Shown here: piece by piece, positions 18,313-28,468 of the stretch
How positions within the stretch are numbered: the stretch's first letter is position 1
How the letters are laid out: each line of letters opens with the position of its first letter
Assembly: GCA_964642855.1 (NCBI GenBank)
Contig: CAZXSK010000009.1
Location: 12,106 to 76,105, forward strand
Origin: an uncultured Planctomycetaceae bacterium
GTDB taxonomy: Bacteria; Planctomycetota; Phycisphaerae; SM23-33
DNA length: 64,000 nt
Reading direction: 5' to 3'
Position numbers and translations under genes: made by a program
The notes under the pieces: model-generated
Seen by the model: only the letters and a program-made list of their open reading frames with translations
Told to the model about the DNA's origin: nothing
Database searches by the model: none

Positions 18313-19440
18313 ATGGCATCGAAGACCGGTGTAGACGGCAGAACATTCAGCAATCGCAGGCGCGCGGCGTTGCGTCGGATCCGCAAACGGGCGGGCAGCG
18401 CGGTGGACGCTGCGCTGATCACACGCCCGGTCGACGTGGGGTACCTCAGCGGCTTCTCGGGTGAGGACAGCGTGTTGCTGGTCGGTAAGGGCTTTGCGGT
18501 TCTGGTTACGGACGGCCGGTACGATGAGCAGGCAAGCGGCGAGTGTCCTGGCGTGGAAATCTGTGTCCGTTCGGAAGGAATGATCAAGGCGATCGGTCAG
18601 CAGGTACGATCGCGCAAGTTGACGCATCTGGCGATCCAGAGCGATCACGTGACGCTGGGTTGGTCGGAGCAGTTGGGCAAAGAGGTGGGGAACAAGCGGC
18701 TCAAGCCTGTTCGCGGGGGCACGCTGGAGCTTCGTGAGACGAAGGACGACAGTGAAATTGCCGCAACACGCAGGGCGATCCGTGCGGCAGAGAAAGCGAT
18801 GCGCGATCTCCTGGCTGGTGGCAGGAAGGCATTCGTGGGGCGCAGCGAACGGGAAGTCGCCGGGCAGCTGGAGTACCTGATGCGCAGGCATGGGGCGTCG
18901 GGGGCGTCTTTCGACACGATCGTTGCGGCCGGTCCGCATGGATCGCTTCCTCACTACCGCCCCGGGGATACGAAAATCCGGAAGGATCAGGCGGTGCTGG
19001 TCGACTGGGGTGCGGTGGTAGATGGCTACTGCAGCGACTTGACCCGGGTGGTCTTCACCGGTAGAATCCCCCCGAAAATCGCGGAAGTCTACCAGGTGGT
19101 TCTCCGCGCCCAGCGTGCGGCGATTTCGAGCATTCGCCCGGGCGTTGCGGGCAAGACAGTTGATGCCGCCGCACGAGAAGTGATCGCGTCGGCGGGTTAC
19201 GCAGATCGGTTCACCCACGGCTTGGGACATGGCGTGGGACGGGAGATACACGAGGCCCCGTCGGTGGGGCGGACGTCCGACGTTCGCCTGCGGTCGGGAA
19301 TGGTGGTGACGGTGGAGCCGGGCATCTATCTGCCCGGGGTCGGCGGTGTGCGGATCGAGGACGATGTCCTGGTAACGCCCGACGGCGCAAAGAAACTCTC
19401 CTCGCTGCCACGTTCGATGGAGGCGATGGTGCTGCCATGA
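18313..19440 (+). CDS. pepP: Xaa-Pro aminopeptidase (M24B)
   Basis: Creatinase-like N-terminal domain plus the pita-bread C-terminal domain, with HGLGHGVGREIHEAP and ..VTVEPGIY..VRIEDDV... Confidence 0.8.
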   Translation: MASKTGVDGRTFSNRRRAALRRIRKRAGSAVDAALITRPVDVGYLSGFSGEDSVLLVGKGFAVLVTDGRYDEQASGECPGVEICVRSEGMIKAIGQQVRSRKLTHLAIQSDHVTLGWSEQLGKEVGNKRLKPVRGGTLELRETKDDSEIAATRRAIRAAEKAMRDLLAGGRKAFVGRSEREVAGQLEYLMRRHGASGASFDTIVAAGPHGSLPHYRPGDTKIRKDQAVLVDWGAVVDGYCSDLTRVVFTGRIPPKIAEVYQVVLRAQRAAISSIRPGVAGKTVDAAAREVIASAGYADRFTHGLGHGVGREIHEAPSVGRTSDVRLRSGMVVTVEPGIYLPGVGGVRIEDDVLVTPDGAKKLSSLPRSMEAMVLP

Positions 19441-19982
19441 GCGAGCGCAGCAAACAGGCCACCGGGAAAGGTGCAAGGAAGCGAATGAACATCAAGGAAA
19501 TCAAGCAGCTCGTGAAGATGATGGTCGACTGCGACCTGAGCGAGCTGGATATTACCGACGGCGAGCACAACCGCGTGCATCTCAAGCGTGGCGGCCAGGA
19601 TCAGCCGATCGTGATGGCCGGTCCCCCGCAGGCGGCCCAGCCGATGCCCATGGCTCCGGCGGCGCCCCAGGTTGCGGCGACCACCGAGGCGTCGTCATCG
19701 GTCGAGGCGGGGGGGCAGCAGGAGGCCCCTGCCAGCGAGGGGCTCCTGGAGGTCAAGAGCCCGATGGTGGGGACGTTCTACTCCTCGCCCAGTCCCGACG
19801 ACGACGCGTATGTGAAGGTCGGCGACAGCGTCGGGGACGACACGGTGGTGTGCATCGTCGAGGCGATGAAAGTGATGAACGAGATCAAGGCCGAGTGCAG
19901 CGGCACGATCGCCGAGGTCTGCGTTCAGAATGCCCAGCCTGTCGAATACGGCCAGGTGATGTTCAAAGTCAAGCCCGCGTAG
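19437..19982 (+). CDS. accB: biotin carboxyl carrier protein of acetyl-CoA carboxylase
   Basis: Ala/Pro-rich linker, then the biotinyl domain with EAMKVMNEI (biotinylated Lys). ATGA overlap with the pepP stop. Start could also be 19485. Confidence 0.85.
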   Translation: MSERSKQATGKGARKRMNIKEIKQLVKMMVDCDLSELDITDGEHNRVHLKRGGQDQPIVMAGPPQAAQPMPMAPAAPQVAATTEASSSVEAGGQQEAPASEGLLEVKSPMVGTFYSSPSPDDDAYVKVGDSVGDDTVVCIVEAMKVMNEIKAECSGTIAEVCVQNAQPVEYGQVMFKVKPA

Positions 19983-20003
19983 GTTCGGCGAAGGGAGCAA
20001 TCC

Positions 20004-21350
20004 ATGTTTTCCCGAATTCTGGTCGCCAACCGAGGCGAGGTCGCGCTGCGGATCATTCGGGCGTGCAAGGAACTGGGTGTCGAGAGCGTGGCGATCTTCT
20101 CCGAGGCCGATCGCGACGCGAGCTATCTCCATCTGGCCGACGAGCGGATCTGTATCGGTCCGGGACCGTCAGCGGAGAGCTATCTGAATATTCCGCGGAT
20201 CATCGCAGCGGCGGAAATTGCCGACGTGCAGGCGATCCATCCCGGGTACGGGTTCCTTGCCGAGAACGCCCATTTCGCCGAGGTCTGCCGCGACTGCAAG
20301 ATCGAGTTCATCGGCCCGAGTGTCGAGAGCATGCAGTTGCTTGGAGACAAGATCAAGGCCAAGGAAATCGCGCGCAAGGCAAAGGTGCCGATGGCCCCGG
20401 ACTCTGCGGGCGGCGTCGACAGCGTCGAAGACGCAGTGAAGATCGCCGAGAAGATCGGCTTCCCCGTGGCGATCAAGGCTGCCGCGGGCGGTGGGGGGCG
20501 AGGCATCCGCTTCGCGCACAACGAGACCTCCCTGCGGAGTCTTTTCAAACAGGCCCAGGCCGAAGCGGAGATCGCCTTCGGGGACGGCCGGCTTTACATG
20601 GAGAAGTGCATCGAGAACTTCCGCCACATCGAGGTCCAGGTTCTCGGTGATCATCACGGCAACGTGGTGCATCTGTTCGAGCGTGAGTGCTCCGTCCAGC
20701 GTCGCAGGCAGAAGGTTGTCGAAGAGACCCCGTCGCCCGGACTCACCGAAGAGAAGCGCCGGGAAGTCTGCGAGGCGGCGGTTCGCCTGGCCAAGGCCGC
20801 AGATTACCACAATGCAGGCACGGTCGAATTCATGCTGGACCAGGACGACAACTTCTACTTCCTGGAGGTCAACACGCGGATCCAGGTCGAGCACCCGATC
20901 ACCGAAATGGTTACGGGACAGGACCTGGTGCAGTGGCAGTTGAAGGTGGCATCGGGCGAACCGCTGACGATCAAGCAGGAAGACATTCGCCAGACCGGCC
21001 ACGCTATCGAGTGCCGCATCAACGCAGAGGACCCGGACAATGGCTTCCGGCCTTCGCCGGGACCGGTGGAAGCGTTTGTGGCTCCGGGTGGCCTGGGGGT
21101 GCGGTGGGATTCGCACGTGTACCAAGGCTATGTGATCCCCCCGACGTACGACAGCCTGGTGGGCAAGCTCATCGTCTACCGCCCCACGCGTGACGACGCG
21201 ATCCGTGTGGGCAAGCGAGCGCTGGACGAGTTCGTGATTTACCCGACGAAGACAACGATCCCGCTGTGCAGGCGGGTACTCAACCACGAGCGATTCGTGC
21301 AGGGCCGATGGGACACGACCTACATCGAACGGGAAATGCTGAACCAATGA
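20004..21350 (+). CDS. accC: acetyl-CoA carboxylase biotin carboxylase subunit
   Basis: [25 protein letters not shown].., an ATP-grasp domain, and ..[14 protein letters not shown]... Canonical 448-aa AccC. Confidence 0.95.
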   Translation: MFSRILVANRGEVALRIIRACKELGVESVAIFSEADRDASYLHLADERICIGPGPSAESYLNIPRIIAAAEIADVQAIHPGYGFLAENAHFAEVCRDCKIEFIGPSVESMQLLGDKIKAKEIARKAKVPMAPDSAGGVDSVEDAVKIAEKIGFPVAIKAAAGGGGRGIRFAHNETSLRSLFKQAQAEAEIAFGDGRLYMEKCIENFRHIEVQVLGDHHGNVVHLFERECSVQRRRQKVVEETPSPGLTEEKRREVCEAAVRLAKAADYHNAGTVEFMLDQDDNFYFLEVNTRIQVEHPITEMVTGQDLVQWQLKVASGEPLTIKQEDIRQTGHAIECRINAEDPDNGFRPSPGPVEAFVAPGGLGVRWDSHVYQGYVIPPTYDSLVGKLIVYRPTRDDAIRVGKRALDEFVIYPTKTTIPLCRRVLNHERFVQGRWDTTYIEREMLNQ

Positions 21351-21414
21351 CAACCGCGTGGCCTCGGCCGGGGCCGCGGGTATCTTCTTCGCTCGTAACA
21401 CAAGGATTCCAACC

Positions 21415-22638
21415 ATGAGTATGATCAAAGGCAACGCAGTCATAGGCCAGTCCGGCGGACCAACCGCGGTGATCAACCAGTCGCTGGTAGGCGTGGTCGA
21501 GACGCTGAAAGGGTGTCGTCAGATCCCCAAGATCCTGGGCGCGCACCACGGCGTCGCGGGAATCGTGAAGGACGATTTCATCGATCTCAAGAAGCTCGAC
21601 AAGAAGACACTCGAGCTGATCGCCGGCACGCCGGCCTCGGCGTTGGGCTCCAGTCGGGACAAACCCGACCAAGCCTATTGTGAAAAGATCTTCGAGATCT
21701 TTGAGAAGAACGACGTGCGGTATTTCTTCTACATTGGCGGGAACGACTCGGCCGACACCGCGCGCATCGTCAACGAGATGGCCAAGGATCAGGGCTACGA
21801 ACTGCGATGCTTCCACGTGCCCAAGACCATCGATAACGATCTGCGCGTGACCGACCATACGCCGGGCTACGGCTCGGCTGCGAAGTTCGTGGCTTCGGCG
21901 TTCATGGGTGAAGACCGCGACAACGCGGCCCTGCCGGGCGTGAAAGTGTCGGTGGTGATGGGACGCAATGCCGGCTGGCTGACCGCGGCCAGCGTGTTGG
22001 GACGGATCGACGACAAGTGCGGCCCGCACCTGGTTTACGTTCCGGAGGTCCCGTTCGACGTCAAGAAGTTCACCGACGATGTCGCCAAGGCGTACGACAA
22101 GCACGGACGCTGCCTGATCGCTGTTTCCGAGGGCATCGCCGACGAGACGGGAACCCCCATGGCGGTGAACCTGGCCGAGCGGTTGGGGCACACCGTCGAA
22201 CGCGACAGCCACGGCAACGTGCAGCTTTCCGGCTCGGGTGCCCTGGGTGATTTCCTGGCTGAGTTCATCAAGAAGAACGTATCTTCGGGCAAGCGGGGCA
22301 AGAAGCTTCGCGTCCGGGCGGACACGTACGGCTACCTGCAGCGTTCGTTCGCGGGGTATGCCAGCGAGGTCGACCAGAAGGAAGCCCGAACCTGCGGACA
22401 GAAGGCCGCGGAGCTGGCCTTGAAGGGTGACATCGACGGCACGATCGTCATGAAGCGTGCGAAGGGCACCGCCTACAAGATCAGTTACCAGCGAGCGGAG
22501 CTTCAGGAAGTCGCGCGGGAGACCAAGGACCTGCCCAAGAAGTTCATCAACAAGGCGGGTAACAACATCACCGGAGCGTTCGTGAAGTACGCACTGCCGC
22601 TGGCAGGCAAGATGCCCGAGATCGGCAAGCTGTTCTAG
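21415..22638 (+). CDS. pfp: 6-phosphofructokinase (PPi- or ATP-dependent, PFK group)
   Basis: GGPTAVINQS.., ..YIGGNDSADTA.., ..PKTIDNDL.., ..MGRNAGWL... ~407 aa. Confidence 0.85.
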   Translation: MSMIKGNAVIGQSGGPTAVINQSLVGVVETLKGCRQIPKILGAHHGVAGIVKDDFIDLKKLDKKTLELIAGTPASALGSSRDKPDQAYCEKIFEIFEKNDVRYFFYIGGNDSADTARIVNEMAKDQGYELRCFHVPKTIDNDLRVTDHTPGYGSAAKFVASAFMGEDRDNAALPGVKVSVVMGRNAGWLTAASVLGRIDDKCGPHLVYVPEVPFDVKKFTDDVAKAYDKHGRCLIAVSEGIADETGTPMAVNLAERLGHTVERDSHGNVQLSGSGALGDFLAEFIKKNVSSGKRGKKLRVRADTYGYLQRSFAGYASEVDQKEARTCGQKAAELALKGDIDGTIVMKRAKGTAYKISYQRAELQEVARETKDLPKKFINKAGNNITGAFVKYALPLAGKMPEIGKLF

Positions 22639-22657
22639 GTCCTGCCGATTCGCCAGA

Positions 22658-22690
22658 TAAATCAGAAGCCCCCGCTCCGGCAAGGAGTGG
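22658..22690. terminator. intrinsic terminator between convergent pfp and apgM
   Basis: AGCCCCCGCTCCGGCAAGGAGTGGGGGCT hairpin followed by TTTT. Confidence 0.55.
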
Positions 22691-22737
22691 GGGCTTTTCG
22701 TATCGATGTCCGGCTTGGTGTTCGACGGCGGGGTCGG

Positions 22738-23949
22738 TCAGGCGCCGAATTTGTCGAGCTTGCCCGCGTGGGCCATCATCAGGCCCATGATCTCCTTGGC
22801 GTAGATGGTTCCGATCTGGCCGCTGCGACAGTGGATGTCGTCGAAGGGCATGCCGTCACCGCCCCGCATGTTGGGTCCGTTGAGCAGCAGGGGAACCGGA
22901 TGCCAGCTGTGGGACATCATGCTCGGGGGGGTGGAGTGGTCACCCGTGATGACCAGCACGTCCGGTTTCCCGGCCAATTCACCAATGGCGGCGTCCATCT
23001 CCTCGATCCGCTGCACCTTGGCATCGAGATCGCCGTCCTCGCCGGTCTTGTCGGTGTACTTGAAGTGGGCAAAGACGAAGGTGTGATCTTCCAGCGCCTT
23101 GGCCGCATGGATGCAGACATCCTTGGCGGTTGTGGGTTCGGACACCACGGGGATACCCACGAGTCTCGCCACGCCCCGGTACATGGGGTAGCCCGCGACC
23201 GCAGCCGGGTTGACCTGGTAGCGATCCGGGAACCGCGGCCAGTCGGGGAACTTGGCAAAGCCTCGCGCGAGAATGAAGTTGGCTTTCTCTTCGTCTTTAA
23301 GGATATCGCGGACCTGCCCGAGAAGGTCAGCCACGATGCTTGCGGTTTTTGAATCGGCGTGTTTCCCGCGGTCCGGAGCGAGGGGTTCTTCTCCGGTGGC
23401 CTGGGGGTCGGTCTCACCGATGTTGTCGTCAAGCCCGTCGCCACGGAGGACCATCAGCGCCCGGTGCTCGGCGACGGTTTCAAAGAGCACTTCCACGCCC
23501 TCGGGGCACTTGATGCCATCACGGATCTTCTGGAGGACGCGCTTGTTCTCATCGTCGCCAATGCGGCCGGCTCGGCGGTCGGACACCTTGCCGTCCGCAT
23601 CGAGCGTGCAGAAGTTCAGCCTGGCTGCGACGTCGCGATCTTCCAGCGGGAACTCGATGCCCAGTGCGCTGAGTACGCCGCGGCCCACTTTGTAGAGGAT
23701 CGGGTCGTAGCCGAAGAGTCCGAGGTGGCCCGGGCCCGAGCCCGGGGTGATTCCCTGGGCGACCGGGATCGACTGGCCGAGGGCGCTGTTCCTGGCGAGC
23801 TCGTCGAGGTTGGGGGTCTTGGCGATCTGAAGGGCAGTACCCTTGCCGTCGTTGTCACAGTCTCCCACGCCGTCCATGACCAGCAGGCACATGGTCTTGT
23901 CGTTGGCCGAGGCCAGGGAGCTCAGCAGGTTGCCGTATGTATCTTCCAT
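22738..23949 (-). CDS. apgM: cofactor-independent phosphoglycerate mutase, archaeal/ApgM type
   Basis: 403 aa. ..CLLVMDGVGD.., ..VLVITGDHSTPP.. and overall similarity to the ApgM (2,3-BPG-independent, alkaline-phosphatase superfamily) layout. Confidence 0.8.
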   Translation of the reverse strand: MEDTYGNLLSSLASANDKTMCLLVMDGVGDCDNDGKGTALQIAKTPNLDELARNSALGQSIPVAQGITPGSGPGHLGLFGYDPILYKVGRGVLSALGIEFPLEDRDVAARLNFCTLDADGKVSDRRAGRIGDDENKRVLQKIRDGIKCPEGVEVLFETVAEHRALMVLRGDGLDDNIGETDPQATGEEPLAPDRGKHADSKTASIVADLLGQVRDILKDEEKANFILARGFAKFPDWPRFPDRYQVNPAAVAGYPMYRGVARLVGIPVVSEPTTAKDVCIHAAKALEDHTFVFAHFKYTDKTGEDGDLDAKVQRIEEMDAAIGELAGKPDVLVITGDHSTPPSMMSHSWHPVPLLLNGPNMRGGDGMPFDDIHCRSGQIGTIYAKEIMGLMMAHAGKLDKFGA

Positions 23950-24067
23950 CTCTCAGTATCCTTCTTGCTTGGGAACACGAGCGGTTGCGAACGTCGGCCG
24001 GGTAGTCTATCAGCCGCGCCGGTGCTTTTCTACGCCCAGGTCGGCAAAAGCGGAACTCCCCCAGGCC

Positions 24068-24607
24068 TCAGCGGATGGGCTTCTGGCCGTGTTTGTCCCG
24101 CAACTTCTGTGCGGCGGTAAACAGTTGAGGGTCCTGCTTGAGAAGGGAGATCAGGTTGCTGGTGGTGATGCCAAGCCACCCTGCGGCGTCGGAAAGCCTC
24201 GCTTCGAAGGTTTCCACGACGTCGAGCACCCGCGCGGTGACAGGCCAGAACCGGTGATCCTTTCTGCCGATCTGGATATGCTTCCGACCGGTGGCCTGTC
24301 CGCCCTTTCGCACGTGGATGCACTCTGCCAGTTCCGGAGGGGGCGTGCCTCCCGGGTCGATCGGTGCCCGCATCTGGCAGGCGATGGTCGCCCTCAGTCT
24401 GCGCACGGCCAGCCGCTTGTTGTCGTGCTGGGACCGGGACTGGTCTCCGTGAGCTGACAGACCGGTAGGCTTGTGACGCAGGCGCACGGCTGAGGAGACC
24501 TTGTTTCTATGTTGTCCGCCGGGCCCAGACGCCTTATAGGTGTCGACCTCGCATTGCTTTAGGAGCTGCTGGTCAGAGAGCCCGAGAAAATCTCGGTGTG
24601 TGCACAT
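24068..24607 (-). CDS. arfB: ArfB-like peptidyl-tRNA hydrolase (class-I release-factor GGQ domain) with C-terminal extension
   Basis: GGQ motif in ..ASGPGGQHRNKVSSAV... 179 aa, about 40 aa longer than typical ArfB. Confidence 0.65.
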   Translation of the reverse strand: MCTHRDFLGLSDQQLLKQCEVDTYKASGPGGQHRNKVSSAVRLRHKPTGLSAHGDQSRSQHDNKRLAVRRLRATIACQMRAPIDPGGTPPPELAECIHVRKGGQATGRKHIQIGRKDHRFWPVTARVLDVVETFEARLSDAAGWLGITTSNLISLLKQDPQLFTAAQKLRDKHGQKPIR

Positions 24608-24827
24608 GGAAGCAATGATAGGACGGGTCCGGGGCCAGATACAATGGTCAAAAAGGTCTTGGGTGCATGCTGAGGGCTTTTCCGGGTTGTCGGGTTTCGG
24701 GCCCTGCAGTACAATGGGCTCATGCCCTGGAGGGGGCAAACCGGAGGGCAGCAGGAGCGGCCGATACCGGGCTTCTCCCGCACTGCCAATACCTTGCGAC
24801 ACTGCTCATACATCTGGATATCGTGCC

Positions 24828-26189
24828 ATGACCGACAGGCCAACCAATGAATGGATGGACCCGGAATCCCGGGTGGACCGTGCTCACGAACTGTACAAGG
24901 AGGGACGCTGGAGAGAGGCCGCCGACGAGCTTCGCCAGGCGATTCGGGTGAATCCCAATAACGCCTCGTGGCATTTCAACCTGGGTCTGACCCTCGAAGC
25001 CATGGAGGAATATGACTTCGCGTGTGACGCATTCCGTAGCGCCTTGCAGCTCCAGCCTGACGATGTCGAGACGCTCAATTGTCTCGGAGTGAACCTCACC
25101 CGCGTGGGTAAATACGCCGAGTCGCTCGACTGTTTCAAGGCGATCGAGAAGATCGATCCCTCGTACGAGCCGTGCTACTGCAACCGGATCGTCACGTACA
25201 CTGAGATTGGTCGGCATGACGACGCCGAGGTGATGTTCTACCTCGCCAGGCTGTTCGTCGATGAGTGCCCGCTGTGCTTCTACAACGTTGGAAGCAGTTT
25301 TTACGAGCGGGACGACCTTCGCCGGGCCGTCTACTGCTGGCAGCAGGCGCTGCGGATCGACCCGGGTCATCCCCATGCCAACGCTCGTCTGGCCGAGGCG
25401 TACTGGCGCAACGGTGAACTCAATAAGGCCAAGCACCATTACGAAGCCGAACTGCTGATTAACGCGCGCGACGTAGCTACGTTGACCGATCTCGGCGAAT
25501 TGCTGCTTGAGATGAAGCAGCCCGCCAAGGCGGAAGAAGCCCTGCGACGGGGGATGGAGATCCAGCCGGGCGATCAGGGGGCACGCTACCAGTGGGCCCG
25601 CATGCTCATCGCCCGCGAGCGCTACGACGAGGCCTCGCGTTGTCTGCAGAAACTCCTGGCCGAGCAAAAGGACTATCCGGGAGCGAACGCTGCGATGGCC
25701 AAGGCGTTGATTCGCCAGGAGAAGATCAACGAGGGCGCCAAGTACCTGGTAGCCGAACTGAAACGATGCGGCGACGACGCGGACATGATGCACGAGGTCG
25801 GCGAGTTGCTGATCGAGGCCCACATGACCCGCCAGGCGATGGACGTGTTTCGCAAGCTGGTACGGATTCGTCCGGACGATCCCTACGCCCAGCACAACCT
25901 TGCTGTCAGCTGTTTCATGCTCGATCGAATGGACGAGGGCATCATCCACTGTCGACGGGCACTGAAGATCAAGCCGGACTATCCGCTGGCCCTGTACAAC
26001 ATCGCCCTGGCGTATCATCGCAAGGGAGATGTCTCGCGGGCTCGTCGGTATGTGTCCAAGGCTCTGGAACTGGACCCGACCGACGAGCACGCCACCAAGC
26101 TGGCGGGAAAGCTTGTGCCCAAGGGGTTCCTTGGGCGGCTTGTCGCGAAGATCCAGGGCGATCAGCCGGGCGAGATCCAGGGACGATAG
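24828..26189 (+). CDS. TPR-repeat protein
   Basis: ~453 aa of consecutive 34-aa TPR motifs (W-LG-Y, A-F-A-P patterns). Start at 24828 chosen over the longer ORF-track start. Confidence 0.6.
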   Translation: MTDRPTNEWMDPESRVDRAHELYKEGRWREAADELRQAIRVNPNNASWHFNLGLTLEAMEEYDFACDAFRSALQLQPDDVETLNCLGVNLTRVGKYAESLDCFKAIEKIDPSYEPCYCNRIVTYTEIGRHDDAEVMFYLARLFVDECPLCFYNVGSSFYERDDLRRAVYCWQQALRIDPGHPHANARLAEAYWRNGELNKAKHHYEAELLINARDVATLTDLGELLLEMKQPAKAEEALRRGMEIQPGDQGARYQWARMLIARERYDEASRCLQKLLAEQKDYPGANAAMAKALIRQEKINEGAKYLVAELKRCGDDADMMHEVGELLIEAHMTRQAMDVFRKLVRIRPDDPYAQHNLAVSCFMLDRMDEGIIHCRRALKIKPDYPLALYNIALAYHRKGDVSRARRYVSKALELDPTDEHATKLAGKLVPKGFLGRLVAKIQGDQPGEIQGR

Positions 26190-26367
26190 TTTCTCAGAGA
26201 ATCTGCTTTGTGCGGTCAGAAGCGCGGCGGGCGCCTTACCCCGCCGCGTTTTCCTGCGCCGTCAGTCACTGGCCAAGGTTGCCAGCATGCCGGTATACTG
26301 GCCGGTGCGATGATAGCGGGTCATTGACTCCGCCGCCGAATCCGAGAATCTCCAGAGAGAACAGACC

Positions 26368-27300
26368 ATGCCCGTATACGTCGTAAGCGAACCGTTGAAT
26401 GAATCGAGCATCGAGTACTTGAGCCAGCAGGGCGAGGTGATCCGTACGGATCCGGATGGCGTTCTGGACGCCATCGGTCCGGCAGATGGTCTCGTGGTGC
26501 GGACCTATACCCAGGTCAATGAGGAGCTTCTTGACCGGGCGCCCAACCTGAAAGTGGTCGGACGAGCTGGAGTCGCCCTGGAGAACATCGACATTTCCGC
26601 TTGCCGAGCGCGGGGCGTGGAGGTCGTGCATACCCCCGCCGCCAATACCCTGGCCGTGGTGGACTACACCATGCGAATGATCATCGAGTTGAACCGCCGT
26701 TTTCCAGAGATGACCGGTCCCCAGCCGGCCGAGGAATTCCATGCGTCCCGCAAGTTCACTTACGGGCGGTTTCTGGCCAACGCCACCTTGGGCATCGTTG
26801 GCGTGGGCCGGATTGGCAGCCGGGTGGGCAGGGCCGCCGTCGGCCTGGGAATGAACGTTCTGACCAACGACATACTCGATATCGATCTGGACTATCCCCA
26901 CCAGGCCGTGGACAAGGAAACGCTTTACGCCCAGAGCGATATCGTGACCATCCACGTTCCGCTGACCGAACGGACCGAGAAGTTCATCGACGCCGACGCG
27001 TTGAGCAAGTTCAAGGAGGGGGCCCAGTTCATCAACTGCGCCCGCGGGCAGTGTGTCGACTACCATGCGCTCGCCGAGGCGATACGCGTTGGGAAGATCG
27101 CTGCTGCGGCGATCGATTGCCACGACCCCGAGCCGCCGCCTGCGGACTATCCGATGTACGGCCTGGAGAACGTGATCCTGACTCCCCACATTGCCGCCCG
27201 GGTCCCCGACGCCGTGCAGAACATGTGCGACGTCGTCTACGACGTGGTCCGCGTGGTCAAAGGCGAGTCCCCCGAGTATCCTGCGCCCGGCGAGAAGTGA
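26368..27300 (+). CDS. D-isomer-specific 2-hydroxyacid dehydrogenase (phosphoglycerate-dehydrogenase-like)
   Basis: NAD-binding GIVGVGRIGSRVG, a catalytic ..CARG..D.. region, and ..LTPHIA... Confidence 0.8.
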   Translation: MPVYVVSEPLNESSIEYLSQQGEVIRTDPDGVLDAIGPADGLVVRTYTQVNEELLDRAPNLKVVGRAGVALENIDISACRARGVEVVHTPAANTLAVVDYTMRMIIELNRRFPEMTGPQPAEEFHASRKFTYGRFLANATLGIVGVGRIGSRVGRAAVGLGMNVLTNDILDIDLDYPHQAVDKETLYAQSDIVTIHVPLTERTEKFIDADALSKFKEGAQFINCARGQCVDYHALAEAIRVGKIAAAAIDCHDPEPPPADYPMYGLENVILTPHIAARVPDAVQNMCDVVYDVVRVVKGESPEYPAPGEK

Positions 27301-27861
27301 GCAAGGCGGCACGTTCGGAATGAATGCGCATAAAAAAGCGCCAGCCACCTGGCAGTTGCGCAGGGGGAGACGCAACAGACCACACGGCGGCTGGCGGTAT
27401 CGGTTCGCCTCGGCGCGCACAACCAAGCCTGCAGAACCGTGTTGAGTTCAGGGAAACCCAAGCCGGCGGGCTCGGAACAGAAGACAGTGCGCATCCAAAG
27501 GCGATAGCAATTCTTGTTTTCAAAGCCCGGTTGAAACCTCCCGAGCCAACGGGAGTATACAGTACATCCACTACGCGGGCAAACCAGCCGCGATTTTCGT
27601 TACTTTTTTTTTCGCATCGAGATAGAACGATCGTTCGAACGGAAAATGCTTTCAATAGCAGGCTTTCCGCGATTCGCTCTTCACGCCCGAACTCCCACCG
27701 AAGTCGCTTCCGAAATGGTGTATCTGTCCGGTGATCCTCCCACAAGAGAAAGTTCTTCCAGACCGTGGTATCTCACCTTCTCGGTCTTGTTCGCGCGCAA
27801 GGCATCCGGTCTGTCCGGAGGCGGTCGCACCCCGACCAGACCGGCCGATCGGTACTCTTGT

Positions 27862-28455
27862 TCACTCTGCGGGATGCGGTTCGTGCTTTCCAGCTGCGCC
27901 GGCCTCTGCTGCTTCATCGCCCGGCCGCTCGCGTTCTCGGCGGGGCCTGGTCAGCCAGAGCACCAATACACCGACCACCACAATGGGCACGACCCAGTAG
28001 GCTCGTCTTGTCGCGGTGATTTCGGGTAGCGTGGCATTGCCGTAGTTCAGGACGCTCTCGATCGGCTGGACGATGAATGGCGCCAGCAGGATGAAGCCCA
28101 GAGCGCCGGCGAACATGCCCAGCACGCTGATCAGCGCATCAAAGCGTCCGGAAGCCGCGCACGCCAAACCGGTACCGGGGCAGTAGCCGGTCATGCCGAA
28201 GCCCAGACCCAGGAAGGCTCCCCCTATAAGGTTCGCAAGAAGCACGGCCGGTTTGACGCTGAAGTTGGCCTGGCCCGCCAGTTGGAGCAGCCACGTGCCG
28301 GTCATTCCGACCAGCACGAACACCGCGATGGTTCGCATGGCGTGGAAGTCCTTCAGACGCAACGTGCCGATGATCTTGTCAGGGTCTGCAAGGCTGGCCA
28401 GCACCAAACCCGCTCCGAAGATTCCGCCAACGATCAGTGGAATCAGAATGTCCAT
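27862..28455 (-). CDS. YeeE/YedE-family membrane protein (half-size; sulfur-compound transporter component)
   Basis: ~197 aa, multiple TM helices, Gly-rich motifs (..GGAFLGLGFGMTGYCPG..) with a conserved Cys typical of YeeE/YedE (TsuA-like). Confidence 0.6.
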   Translation of the reverse strand: MDILIPLIVGGIFGAGLVLASLADPDKIIGTLRLKDFHAMRTIAVFVLVGMTGTWLLQLAGQANFSVKPAVLLANLIGGAFLGLGFGMTGYCPGTGLACAASGRFDALISVLGMFAGALGFILLAPFIVQPIESVLNYGNATLPEITATRRAYWVVPIVVVGVLVLWLTRPRRERERPGDEAAEAGAAGKHEPHPAE

Positions 28456-28468
28456 GGTGTCCCTTTCG

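Noticed and set aside
27301-27861. Attempt to assign tmRNA, RNase P RNA or SRP RNA to the AT-rich intergenic island
   Set aside because: I could not find the conserved blocks by eye: the tmRNA 3' tRNA-like end and tag frame, the RNase P P4 AGGAAAGUCCGGGCUC block, or the SRP GGAAGGAAGCAGC block. It is left as an unassigned candidate RNA region rather than called.
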